A stretch of 64,000 nt of DNA from Clostridia bacterium (GTDB lineage: Bacteria > Bacillota > Clostridia > Oscillospirales > CAG-272), in NCBI GenBank assembly GCA_017505785.1, contig JAFVOQ010000020.1, positions 13,489 through 77,488 on the forward strand. The letters are read 5' to 3'. Of this stretch, positions 19,239-28,930 are shown one piece after another. Each line of letters begins with the position of its first letter. Position 1 is the stretch's first letter. The position numbers and the translations under genes are program-made. The notes beneath the pieces are model-generated. The model was not told the origin of the DNA, searched no databases, and was given only the letters and a program-made list of their open reading frames with translations.

Positions 19239-20371
19239 TGACCGCAGCAGGAATTATTTTCTCTAACATTCACGATGCAACCGTGCCCGAGCTAACGGGC
19301 CGCCGCACGATGGCAAGTATCCCCTTTGGCGGCAGATACCGCCTGATCGACTTTGCACTTTCCAATATGGTAAATTCGGGCATCTCCAAGGTGGGTGTCA
19401 TAACGCACTACAACTATCAGTCGTTGCTTGACCATATCGGCAACGGTAAGGACTGGGATCTGGCACGCCGCACGGGCGGTATTAAGATCCTTCCGCCCTT
19501 TATCACCGCGTATGACAATGCCGCAGCAGGACGTCTGTATTCCACGCGACTTGAGGCACTCATGGGCGTGATGAACTTTATCGATCGCTGCACCGAGGAC
19601 GTTATAGTGCTTTCCGATTGCGACGTGATCTGTAACGTGGACATTGCTTCGGTGATGAAGCTGCATGAAAAGCGCGGGGCTGATTTTACGCTGATCACCA
19701 CTACGGTGGATACGGCCGTCCAATCGCTTGACAGCCATGCCGAGCTGCCCGTGGCAGACGAAACGGGACGAGTGATCGATATGGCGGAGTATAACGGCGA
19801 GCAGGGTAAGGTCAAGATCTGTGCCGATATTTGGCTTGTCAACCGCACATATTTAAAGCGCGTTGTATCGGAGGCTATGGCACACGGATACAAGAGCTTT
19901 TACAAGGACGTGATCGTGCGTAATCTTGGCAGAGATAAAATTTATGCACACGAGTATGACGGCTTTTTTGCGCGCATCAACTCGCTTGAAAGCTATTTCC
20001 GTTGCTCGATGCGCTTGCTTGACCCCGTGAATCGCGTCAACCTTTTCTACCGTCGCAATCAGCCGATCTTTACCAAGGTACGTAACTCCGTCCCCACACG
20101 CTATACGAGTGATGCAAAGGTAAGCGGCTCTATGATCGCAGACGGCTGTGTCATTGAGGGTACGGTTGAAAATTCTATTTTGTTCCGCGGCGTGAAGGTG
20201 GGCAAGGGAACGGTAGTTAAGAATTCTATTTTGATGCAGGATACCGTAACGGGTGACAATGTGCGCCTGTCCTGTGTCATTACCGATAAAAACGTGATGA
20301 TCCGCGACGGACGTGAGCTCTGCGGTTGCGAGAGTATGCCGTTCTACATCGGTAAGGGCGTCATGGTATAA
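19238..20371 (+). CDS. glgD: glucose-1-phosphate adenylyltransferase regulatory subunit GlgD
   Basis: 377 aa paralogous to GlgC. Its start overlaps the glgC stop (TAATG). Confidence 0.9.
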   Translation: MTAAGIIFSNIHDATVPELTGRRTMASIPFGGRYRLIDFALSNMVNSGISKVGVITHYNYQSLLDHIGNGKDWDLARRTGGIKILPPFITAYDNAAAGRLYSTRLEALMGVMNFIDRCTEDVIVLSDCDVICNVDIASVMKLHEKRGADFTLITTTVDTAVQSLDSHAELPVADETGRVIDMAEYNGEQGKVKICADIWLVNRTYLKRVVSEAMAHGYKSFYKDVIVRNLGRDKIYAHEYDGFFARINSLESYFRCSMRLLDPVNRVNLFYRRNQPIFTKVRNSVPTRYTSDAKVSGSMIADGCVIEGTVENSILFRGVKVGKGTVVKNSILMQDTVTGDNVRLSCVITDKNVMIRDGRELCGCESMPFYIGKGVMV

Positions 20372-20510
20372 TCAAAAAGCGATGGGAGAGCAGCAAGGCT
20401 GTGATCCTTTCGAACATAATAAAGCGGGATGCTGTGATAGCGTACGATCTGTGTCGCTTTTTAACAGCATCCCGCAAGACAGTAAAAAAAGCAAACATAC
20501 AGGAGTAAAC

Positions 20511-21947
20511 ATGAAAAAAATTTTATTTGTAGGCGCGGAGGCAATGCCCTTTGCAGCAACGGGAGGTCTTGGTGACGTACTGGGCTCTTTACCCGCAGCT
20601 CTGGCAAAGGAGGGCGCCGATGTGCGTGTGATCCTACCCCTTTACGGTCAGGTAAAGGAGGAATGGCGCGCAAAAATGAAGACCGAGGCGGTCTTTACCG
20701 TAAAGCTTGCATGGCGTGAGCTGTATTGCGGGATCAAGTCCCTCAAAAAGGGTGGCGTAACCTATTATTTTGTAGATAACGAATACTATTTTAAGCGTGA
20801 TGCGCTTTACGGCAGCTTTGATGACGGTGAGCGCTTTGCATACTTCTCAATGGCAGTTATGGAAGCCATAGAGAAGCTTGATTTTTATCCCGACGTGCTG
20901 CACGCACACGATTGGCAGGCGGCACTCTCGGTTGTCTATCTCAAGTGTCTGTATGGCAATAAGCCGGGCTACGGTGCGATCCGTTCGGTATTTACCATTC
21001 ACAATATCGAATACCAGGGACAATATAATTTCGGCATTCTTGGTGACGTGTTCGGCCTTGACGTAGCGCAATATGATCTCATGGATTTCGGCGGCTGCAT
21101 CAATTTGATGAAGGGTGCGATCGTTGCGGCGGATACCGTAAGCACGGTAAGCCCGCGCTATGCAGATGAGATCTGCACACCCGCCTTTGGCAGGGGTCTT
21201 GACGGCATTTTGCGCGAGAATCGCTACAAGCTTTGCGGCATTTTGAACGGTATTGACTATCAGTACTATAACCCCGCAAAGGATACCGCCATTCCCGTGC
21301 CCTACAGCTGGCGCACGCGTGAGAAAAAGCCTGAAAACAAGCTTGCGCTGCAGGCAGCACTTGATCTACCCATGCGCCGTGATGTGCCCTTGCTTGCGGT
21401 GATCACACGCTTGGTGGCACATAAAGGGCTTGATATCATGACCGAGATCCTCGGTAAGCTGATCGGTGAGAGTGACGTGCAATTGGTCGTGCTTGGCTGC
21501 GGAGATGAGCGCTATGAGCATTATTTCAACGAGCTCGCACGCTGCTTTCCCGACAAGGTCCGTGTGCTTTTGAAATATGACCGCGATCTTGCCAAGCAGA
21601 TCTATGCCGCTTGCGATATTTTCCTCATGCCCTCAAAATCCGAGCCCTGCGGACTCTCGCAAATGATTGCCTCGCGTTACGGTGCAATTCCCGTGGTGCG
21701 CGAAACAGGCGGCCTTTACGATTCGATCAAGGGCTACTGGGAGGAAGGCAAGCGTATCCACGGCAACGGGTTTACCTTTGCGGGCTACAGCAGTGCGGAG
21801 CTTTATGAGCGCACGGGTGCTGCCATTGCTCTTTGGCGCAATGAGGAAAAGCGCGATCGCCTGATGAGTAAGATCATGCGCACCAACTTTTCGTGGGCTG
21901 CTGCCGCACGTGACTACCTTGCTATGTACGACAAAATTAACGCATAA
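20511..21947 (+). CDS. glgA: glycogen synthase
   Basis: ATG at 20511 after AGGAG. The sequence begins MKKILFVGAEAMPFAATGGLGDV. The upstream in-frame extension in the track has no RBS. Confidence 0.95.
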   Translation: MKKILFVGAEAMPFAATGGLGDVLGSLPAALAKEGADVRVILPLYGQVKEEWRAKMKTEAVFTVKLAWRELYCGIKSLKKGGVTYYFVDNEYYFKRDALYGSFDDGERFAYFSMAVMEAIEKLDFYPDVLHAHDWQAALSVVYLKCLYGNKPGYGAIRSVFTIHNIEYQGQYNFGILGDVFGLDVAQYDLMDFGGCINLMKGAIVAADTVSTVSPRYADEICTPAFGRGLDGILRENRYKLCGILNGIDYQYYNPAKDTAIPVPYSWRTREKKPENKLALQAALDLPMRRDVPLLAVITRLVAHKGLDIMTEILGKLIGESDVQLVVLGCGDERYEHYFNELARCFPDKVRVLLKYDRDLAKQIYAACDIFLMPSKSEPCGLSQMIASRYGAIPVVRETGGLYDSIKGYWEEGKRIHGNGFTFAGYSSAELYERTGAAIALWRNEEKRDRLMSKIMRTNFSWAAAARDYLAMYDKINA

Positions 21948-21965
21948 TCCGGAGGAACCCCTAAC

Positions 21966-24401
21966 ATGAATTACACCCCTAACGCAAAAGATGTAAAAAA
22001 GAATATTGAAGAAAAGCTTTCCCGCCATTTCGGCATGACAGCAAAGGAAGCAACCAAGGAGCAGCTCTACAAGGCGGCGGCACTTACCGTCAAGGATATC
22101 TTGGTAGAGAAGCGCAATCAGTTTAAGGATAAGGTAAACGAACAGGGCGCTAAGCGCGTGTACTATATGTGCATGGAATTTCTGCTTGGCAGATCCCTTA
22201 AGACCAATCTTTGCAACCTTGGCTTGCAGGAGAATTACCGCAAGGCACTGAAATCCCTTGGTGCAGATCTTGAGGTGCTGTATGAGTGTGAGCCCGATGC
22301 AGGTCTTGGTAACGGCGGTCTTGGCCGACTTGCCGCCTGCTTTATGGATTCGCTCTCCTCGCTTGATTATCCCGCAACCGGCTTTTCGCTTTGCTATGAG
22401 TACGGTCTTTTCAAGCAAATGATCGTTGACGGTATGCAGATCGAGCTGCCCGATGCATGGCTGCCCGGCGGTGAGGTTTGGCTCTCGCCCCGTGCCGACC
22501 GTGTGTACAAGGTGCATTTCGGCGGACACGTGAAGGAGGAATGGAGGGACGGCAAGCTGGATATCACCTATGAGGGTGGTGAGGAGTATGAGGCCGTTCC
22601 CTACGATATGATGATCTCGGGTGCTGACAGCGATGCGGTATCCCAGCTTCGCTTGTGGAAGGCAAGGCCCGTCAGCAGCTTTAACATGGGTCTTTTCTCG
22701 CAGGGACAGTATACCCTTGCTATGGAGCAGACCAACAACGCAGATATCATTACGAAGGTGCTGTATCCTGCCGACAACCATACCGAGGGCAAGCTTTTGC
22801 GCCTTACCCAGCAGTATTTCTTGGTTTCCGCTTCCTGTCAGAGCATCATTCGCGATCACATGATGGTTTACGGCAATCTTGACAATCTCCCCGAAAAGGT
22901 ATCGATCCATATCAACGATACCCACCCTGCACTCTGCGTTCCCGAGCTGATGCGTATTCTCATTGACGAGTATTGCTTCTCTTGGGAAAAGGCATGGGAT
23001 ATTGTTACACGTACGGTTTCCTATACCAACCACACCGTTATGCCCGAGGCACTTGAAACCTGGAATGAGGATCTTTTTGCTCTCAAGCTGCCCCGTATTC
23101 ATATGATCGTAAAGGAGATCAACGAGCGTTTTTGCCGCGAGGCTTGGCAATTCTTCCCCGGCAACTGGAACCGCATTTCCGCACTCAGCGTAATTGCTTA
23201 CGGTCAGGTGCGTATGGCAAACCTTTCGGTGATCGGCTCGCATAAGATCAACGGTGTGTCAAAGCTTCACTCCGATATTTTGGTAGATACCGTATTTAAG
23301 GATTTCTACCGCATGTACCCGAGTCGCTTTACCAACGTAACAAACGGTATCGCGCATCGCCGTTGGCTGGTCTACTCCAATCCCGAGCTCGCAGGCCTGC
23401 TTGACGAGTGCATCGGCGAAGGGTACCGTCACGAGCCCGAGCGCCTTGCCGATTTCCTCAAATACAGCAATGACGCTGCCGTGCTGGAAAAGCTTGCTGC
23501 CATTAAGCACAATAATAAGGTGCGCTTTGCAAATCATTTGCAGAAGAAGACGGGCATTGTGCTTGACACCAACTCGATCTTTGACGTGCAGATCAAGCGC
23601 TTGCATGAGTATAAGCGTCAGCTTCTCAATGCCCTGAACATCATTGGCCTTTATTTGGATCTCAAGGAAAATCCCAATTTGGATATACAGCCCCAAACCT
23701 TTATCTTCGGTGCTAAGGCGGCTCCCGGCTATGCTATGGCAAAGCGCATCATTAAGCTGCTGTGCATGCTGCAAAAGGATATTGAGCAGCATCCGAAGAT
23801 CGCCGCTAAGCTGCGTGTGGTATTCCTTGAGGATTACAACGTCAGCACTGCCGAGGCGCTTATCCCCTCTGCCGAGATCAGTGAGCAGATCTCTATGGCA
23901 GGTAAGGAGGCAAGCGGTACGGGCTGCATGAAGCTTATGATCAACGGTGCGCTTACCATTGGTACGCTTGACGGTGCAAACGTAGAGATGCAAGCGGCAA
24001 CCGGCCCCGAAAATATGTTCATCTTCGGTCTTAGTGCCAACGAGGTCAGTGAGCTTTGGAACAAGGGCTACAATTCCGCACTGTACTATGCACAAAATGA
24101 GCGTCTTGCACGCATCGTCAACTACCTTAACGTTGGCTTTGCGGGTGAGAACTTCTCGGATATCGCGACCTACCTGCTGGCAGGCCCCGGCGTTGCCGAT
24201 CCCTATCTTTGCCTTGCTGATTTCGAGTCCTACCGTCAAGCACACTTGGCGGCCCTCAATGCCTATGCAGATAAGACACGCTGGAACCGTATGTCGCTTG
24301 CTAACATTGCAGGCGCGGGCTTCTTCGCCGCGGATCGCAGCATCAACGATTACGCAAGAGATATTTGGCATCTCAAGCGTCTTGTTACAGAGAAGAAATA
24401 A
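21966..24401 (+). CDS. glgP: glycogen/maltodextrin phosphorylase
   Basis: 811 aa with GNGGLGRLAACF and the PLP-site region EASGTGCMKLMINGA. Confidence 0.95.
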   Translation: MNYTPNAKDVKKNIEEKLSRHFGMTAKEATKEQLYKAAALTVKDILVEKRNQFKDKVNEQGAKRVYYMCMEFLLGRSLKTNLCNLGLQENYRKALKSLGADLEVLYECEPDAGLGNGGLGRLAACFMDSLSSLDYPATGFSLCYEYGLFKQMIVDGMQIELPDAWLPGGEVWLSPRADRVYKVHFGGHVKEEWRDGKLDITYEGGEEYEAVPYDMMISGADSDAVSQLRLWKARPVSSFNMGLFSQGQYTLAMEQTNNADIITKVLYPADNHTEGKLLRLTQQYFLVSASCQSIIRDHMMVYGNLDNLPEKVSIHINDTHPALCVPELMRILIDEYCFSWEKAWDIVTRTVSYTNHTVMPEALETWNEDLFALKLPRIHMIVKEINERFCREAWQFFPGNWNRISALSVIAYGQVRMANLSVIGSHKINGVSKLHSDILVDTVFKDFYRMYPSRFTNVTNGIAHRRWLVYSNPELAGLLDECIGEGYRHEPERLADFLKYSNDAAVLEKLAAIKHNNKVRFANHLQKKTGIVLDTNSIFDVQIKRLHEYKRQLLNALNIIGLYLDLKENPNLDIQPQTFIFGAKAAPGYAMAKRIIKLLCMLQKDIEQHPKIAAKLRVVFLEDYNVSTAEALIPSAEISEQISMAGKEASGTGCMKLMINGALTIGTLDGANVEMQAATGPENMFIFGLSANEVSELWNKGYNSALYYAQNERLARIVNYLNVGFAGENFSDIATYLLAGPGVADPYLCLADFESYRQAHLAALNAYADKTRWNRMSLANIAGAGFFAADRSINDYARDIWHLKRLVTEKK

Positions 24402-26317
24402 TGTTAGCTAAAAAACAGCTTGAATTTCCCCTGCCGCAGCTGAAAAAGCATGTAGGCGGCAGGGATGTAAGCGCGCGCGGTGCCTTCTTCTGCCGTGATA
24501 CCTTGGTATTCACGGCACAGGTGCCGCGCACCATGGGCGCGGCCGCTGTTGTGCTGCGTATTGCGCCCGACGGGGGCAGGGATGCGGATCATCCATTTGC
24601 CTTTGTTGATACCAAGGGCGGGATCGATACCTACCGCCTTTCGGTATCCCTTAAAGAACTTACATCGCCCCGCACGCACGGGCTTTTTTACTATGAGCTG
24701 CTGTTTCTGCGCAGCGGGGACACGCTCTTTACCGATACCAAGAGTGATAACGTAAGCTTTTCACTTTCCACTGAGAGCCGCGGCAGATTTCGGCTATTGG
24801 TTTCGGAAAACGAGTATACAACGCCTGCGTGGTTTCACGGAAAAACGATGTATCATATTTTTGTGGATCGCTTTGCCCCCCACGGGGGTGTGCACCCCGA
24901 GGGGGCGGTGTATCATGAGGGGTGGTATGAGGAGATCGAGCAGTTTGGCGCTTATCCGGGAGCTCCCGTTGCCAACAACGAGTTTTTTGGCGGCACACTG
25001 TGGGGCGTGATCGATAAGCTCGATTATCTTGCAGAGCTCGGTGTTGGTGTGATCTATCTCTCGCCTATCTTCAAGTCGGTATCCAACCACAAATACGATA
25101 CGGGCGACTATGAAACGGTGGATCCGCAGTTTGGCGGCAGAAGGGCCCTCGATGCCTTGATCGCGGCGGCCGCGGAGCGCGGTATGGGCGTGATGCTTGA
25201 CGGCGTGTTTAATCACACGGGTGATAATAGCCGTTATTTTGACCGTTACAGCACTTACGGTGGGAACGGTGCGTACAATTCAAAGCAATCCCCCTATTAC
25301 GATTGGTTTTATTTTAAGCAGTATCCCGATAAATACGAGTGCTGGTGGGATATTCCGATCCTGCCGAAGCTCAATCTTTCAAACCCTGCTGTGCACCAAT
25401 ATTTTGTGGGTGAGGGCGGTATCATCGATACCTATACCAAGGCAGGAATACTGGGTTGGCGACTTGACGTTGCTGACGAGCTGCCCAACGCCTTTCTCGA
25501 TGACCTGCGCCTGCGCGTGAAGAACGCCACGGGCGGTGAGGGCGTGGTGTTAGGCGAGGTATGGGAGAACGCCGCGGATAAGATCGCCTATGGCAAGCGC
25601 CGCCGTTACTTTGAGGGCAAGCAGCTGGACAGCGTGATGAATTATCCGTTGCGCCGTGGCATCATTTCCTTTGTGCGCGACGGCGATGCCGCAGCCCTTT
25701 GCGCCGCTTTGCGTGAGCTTTGGGGCTCGTATCCCACGTCGGTTTGTCACAGCCTGATGAACATTCTCTCCACACACGATACCGAGCGTATTCTTACCAC
25801 CCTTGGCGGTCAGAAGGACGACGGGCGTTTTACAAACGCCGAGCTGCGCAAAATGCGCATGTCCCCTGCCGCGCGTGCGATTGCCCTATCCCGTTTGCGG
25901 ATCGCTGCGGCATTACAGTATACCGTATTTGGTGTGCCCTCGCTTTTCTACGGTGATGAGGCCGGACTTGAGGGGTATCATGATCCCTTCTGTCGCCGTC
26001 CCTATCCTTGGGGGCGCGAGGACAAGTCGCTTTTGCGGTATTACAAAAAGCTTGGCAGGATCAGGCGCGAGAACGCCGTTTTCGCCGACGGGGATTTTGA
26101 GATCGTTGCTGAGTCTGCGCATGCCATTGCTTTTTCGCGCAAGAATGAGAAAGGGCATATCATTGTAGGTGCAAATTGCGGCAGTGAGCCATTTTCTATA
26201 TGCCTGCCTCGCCCCGCCCGCGATCTGCTTTCGGGCAAGCAGTATGGACGCCGCGTTACGCTTGACGCGGGAGAAGTTTGCGTTTGGAGGATAAAGCATG
26301 TTTCGTCGCATCATTGA
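24401..26317 (+). CDS. GH13 alpha-glucosidase/neopullulanase-like glycoside hydrolase
   Basis: ATG at 24401 overlaps the glgP stop. GH13 conserved regions are present (DGVFNHTG, GWRLDVADEL, GEVWE, LSTHDTER). Confidence 0.85.
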   Translation: MLAKKQLEFPLPQLKKHVGGRDVSARGAFFCRDTLVFTAQVPRTMGAAAVVLRIAPDGGRDADHPFAFVDTKGGIDTYRLSVSLKELTSPRTHGLFYYELLFLRSGDTLFTDTKSDNVSFSLSTESRGRFRLLVSENEYTTPAWFHGKTMYHIFVDRFAPHGGVHPEGAVYHEGWYEEIEQFGAYPGAPVANNEFFGGTLWGVIDKLDYLAELGVGVIYLSPIFKSVSNHKYDTGDYETVDPQFGGRRALDALIAAAAERGMGVMLDGVFNHTGDNSRYFDRYSTYGGNGAYNSKQSPYYDWFYFKQYPDKYECWWDIPILPKLNLSNPAVHQYFVGEGGIIDTYTKAGILGWRLDVADELPNAFLDDLRLRVKNATGGEGVVLGEVWENAADKIAYGKRRRYFEGKQLDSVMNYPLRRGIISFVRDGDAAALCAALRELWGSYPTSVCHSLMNILSTHDTERILTTLGGQKDDGRFTNAELRKMRMSPAARAIALSRLRIAAALQYTVFGVPSLFYGDEAGLEGYHDPFCRRPYPWGREDKSLLRYYKKLGRIRRENAVFADGDFEIVAESAHAIAFSRKNEKGHIIVGANCGSEPFSICLPRPARDLLSGKQYGRRVTLDAGEVCVWRIKHVSSHH

Positions 26318-26636
26318 GCGTTTGAAAAAAAGCAAAAATCCGAACAGTCCGCGCTATAAGTGGGATATGGCAAGGCGTATCTCCGGGCATCACGTCAAAT
26401 ATGTCAGTGAGCGTATTGATAACGTTGACGAGGTGATCGGCAAGTCGGGTGCGCTGAATATTAAGGATGACGAGCTGCTTGTGTATGCCTCGTTTGATGT
26501 TTTGATGCGCTGCAAGATCGTGGATATGCAGGCAGCGGAGCTGCTTTCGGGCGACGGCGTGGTGATCACCGCGCCCGACCTTGAGCACGGCGGAAAAATG
26601 CGTACCGTGATCGTGCATTACGTGTATTACAGGTAG
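26298..26636 (+). CDS. hypothetical protein
   Basis: 112 aa. It overlaps the GH13 stop by 20 nt on the same strand. I recognise no motif. Confidence 0.5.
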   Translation: MFRRIIERLKKSKNPNSPRYKWDMARRISGHHVKYVSERIDNVDEVIGKSGALNIKDDELLVYASFDVLMRCKIVDMQAAELLSGDGVVITAPDLEHGGKMRTVIVHYVYYR

Positions 26637-26689
26637 TACTTTTTAAGCCTTGACATGGGAAAAGACACTAAAATTTATCGCCGCAGGGC

Positions 26690-26990
26690 TTGTGTGTTCG
26701 GACTCTCTCTTGCCTAGGCACAACCGACAAGTCCGAACACGCCTGTGATGGCGAAATATCGGGACTTTCGGAATTGTCGTCCTTGCAAGGATCGCACCTT
26801 GCTTCGTCCTTCGCATCCCAAATTCCTCAATATTTCGCACACCACAGGTCGAAGAATTTTGCAGGAACAAATTTTTGGTGGGTGCAAGGCAAAAACAGAG
26901 TGAAACCAAGCGGTTTCACGAGTATTTTAACGTGGCAACAACCTAAATTTGTCCTACAAAATCGAGTTCGGACTTGTCGGTTGTGCCTAG
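26690..26990. repeat. nested inverted-repeat (MITE-like or structured-RNA-like) element
   Basis: A perfect 25-nt inverted repeat lies at 26714-26738 and 26966-26990 (CTAGGCACAACCGACAAGTCCGAAC). An inner imperfect inverted repeat lies at 26742-26759 and 26830-26848. A separate hairpin lies at 26900-26919. No ORF is present. Confidence 0.7.
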
Positions 26991-27006
26991 TGAAAAGAAA
27001 AAGATC

Positions 27007-27040
27007 GAGGGGAGGTCCTTTTGCAAAAGGACCTCCCCTC
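27007..27040. terminator. bidirectional intrinsic terminator
   Basis: GAGGGGAGGTCC-ttttgcaaaa-GGACCTCCCCTC forms a perfect 12-bp stem. It lies immediately 3' of the minus-strand ABC operon. Confidence 0.8.
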
Positions 27041-27049
27041 AATCTTTGT

Positions 27050-28930
27050 TTATGAGGCATTTTCAGTGTTCCACTGATATTTTTCGGACTGGACACGAAA
27101 CATTTCTGCATATTTGCCGTTTTGCAATAGAAGCTCGCTGTGACTGCCTTCTTCAATCAATCTGCCGCTATCAAACATATATATTTTGTCGGCAATACGT
27201 GTTGTTGAAAGTCTGTGCGAGATGAAAATGACGGTTTTGTCATTTGTGTGATGCAATATCGACTGGTTGAGCTTATACTCAGCCATAGGGTCAAGCGCAC
27301 TGGAGGGCTCGTCCATGATAATCAAGGTGTGATCCTTTGCAAATACGCGTGAGATCGCTACCTTTTGTGCCTCGCCCCCTGAAAGATTGGTGCCCTTGTC
27401 ATTGAATTCACGTGTGAGATGTGTGTGTATCCCGTCGGCAAGCTCTGATAGCTTTTCACTGAAATCTGCCGCTTCGAGCGCTTTTTGTACGGTTTCCCTA
27501 TCCTTGGTATCATCATAGCTGCCGTTCATAACGTTTTCAGCCACCGTGGTAGCAAATATCTTGAAATCCTGAAACACTGTACCGATCATTTTACGGTATT
27601 CGTCGGTGTCAAATTCCTTTATATTTATACCGTTGTAGAGGATCTCTCCCTCTGTTGGGTCATAAAGACGCATGATGAGCTTGATCAGTGTGGTTTTTCC
27701 TGCACCGTTATATCCCACGATCGCTATTTTTTCTCCCTTGTGGATCGTTAGATTGACATTCTTTAGCGCGTCCTTATTTTCATCCTCTTTTTTGGGTGAT
27801 ATATGATCTTCATCATGAAAAAGATATTTGGGATGCGCGGAAAATTCGTAGGAAAAGCTTACGTTTCTCAGCTCGAGTGATTCAAATGGGGGCAGCGATA
27901 GCTGGCCTTTTTTGATATTGGGTGTAAATCTTAAAAACTCGCGGTATTTTTCTACATACAAGGAATGCTTTGCATATTTGGTCAGCCTTTCCGTAAGGTC
28001 TGTTAGCATCCAGCGTATCTTTCCAACTACGGTAGCACTTGCTGCAAATCCACCGATCAGAAGTGAGCCTTTGCCAAGCATGACGATCATGTATATAAGG
28101 ATGAGCGAATAGGTAAGGTTGAATGCGGCATTCCACCCAAGACCGTACAGAAAAAAATACTTTTTCCCGTACTTTTGTTCCATATCAATAATTTTTTGCG
28201 CATTTTCATCGTATTCCTGCATCAGCAGATCGTCTGCGCGGCTGATACGGAGCTCCTTTGCATAATCGGAAAGGCGATATACGCGGTTGATATAGGAATT
28301 TTTTCGCCATAGCGGCGTGGATTCCTTGCTGTGCTGAAAGCTTACTTTGTTTCCGAGCAGATTACAGATGACAGTGATGGCTGATGATACAAGCAAAATC
28401 AAAGCAATAATGGGATCTACGGTTATCAGTAAGCTTATGAGCGTTGTGGAAGCCACAATTCTGTTTATCAGCTTTCCTGTATCCTCGAGCACCTCTGTGG
28501 CACGTGTGTGGGATTCGTTCATTGCCCATACGTAATCATCGTAGAATTCGGGATCGTCAAAGCAAGCGAGGTCAAGGGAGCGCGACTTTACAAAAAGCTC
28601 CTCGTGCATCTTCAGATACAGCTTTTCACGCATGATGGGATTGTGTATGCTCCGATACCATCTGTCAAACAGATAAGCGAGGATATAAAACAGCGCCATG
28701 AAAGCAATTATTTTTAGGGCGTGTGCAAAATCCGTGCCTTGGCTTACGGTATTCAAAAGATTGAATGTGTAATAAGCTGAAGCAGAATTGATAAATCCCC
28801 AGATAACACCCTCAATGATCATGAAGATAAAGTAGTCGGGTGTGTGTTTGGCAATCTTTTTTATCATAAAAAGATTGTTTTTGAAGATCGACGATATTTT
28901 TTGCTTTTTCCTTTGGGTTTTAGCATGCAT
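27050..28930 (-). CDS. ABC exporter, fused permease/ATP-binding subunit
   Basis: 626 aa with an N-terminal 6-TM domain and a C-terminal NBD (Walker A GYNGAGKTT, signature LSGGEAQK, Walker B LIIMDEPSS). Confidence 0.9.
   Translation of the reverse strand: MHAKTQRKKQKISSIFKNNLFMIKKIAKHTPDYFIFMIIEGVIWGFINSASAYYTFNLLNTVSQGTDFAHALKIIAFMALFYILAYLFDRWYRSIHNPIMREKLYLKMHEELFVKSRSLDLACFDDPEFYDDYVWAMNESHTRATEVLEDTGKLINRIVASTTLISLLITVDPIIALILLVSSAITVICNLLGNKVSFQHSKESTPLWRKNSYINRVYRLSDYAKELRISRADDLLMQEYDENAQKIIDMEQKYGKKYFFLYGLGWNAAFNLTYSLILIYMIVMLGKGSLLIGGFAASATVVGKIRWMLTDLTERLTKYAKHSLYVEKYREFLRFTPNIKKGQLSLPPFESLELRNVSFSYEFSAHPKYLFHDEDHISPKKEDENKDALKNVNLTIHKGEKIAIVGYNGAGKTTLIKLIMRLYDPTEGEILYNGINIKEFDTDEYRKMIGTVFQDFKIFATTVAENVMNGSYDDTKDRETVQKALEAADFSEKLSELADGIHTHLTREFNDKGTNLSGGEAQKVAISRVFAKDHTLIIMDEPSSALDPMAEYKLNQSILHHTNDKTVIFISHRLSTTRIADKIYMFDSGRLIEEGSHSELLLQNGKYAEMFRVQSEKYQWNTENAS

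Noticed and set aside
20313-20510. Upstream in-frame extension of glgA
   Set aside because: It overlaps the glgD 3' end and has no RBS. The canonical MKKILFVG start at 20511 has AGGAG.
21633-24371. Two long minus-strand ORFs (536 aa and 370 aa) across glgA and glgP
   Set aside because: They are antisense shadows. glgA and glgP are complete and in operon order on the plus strand.
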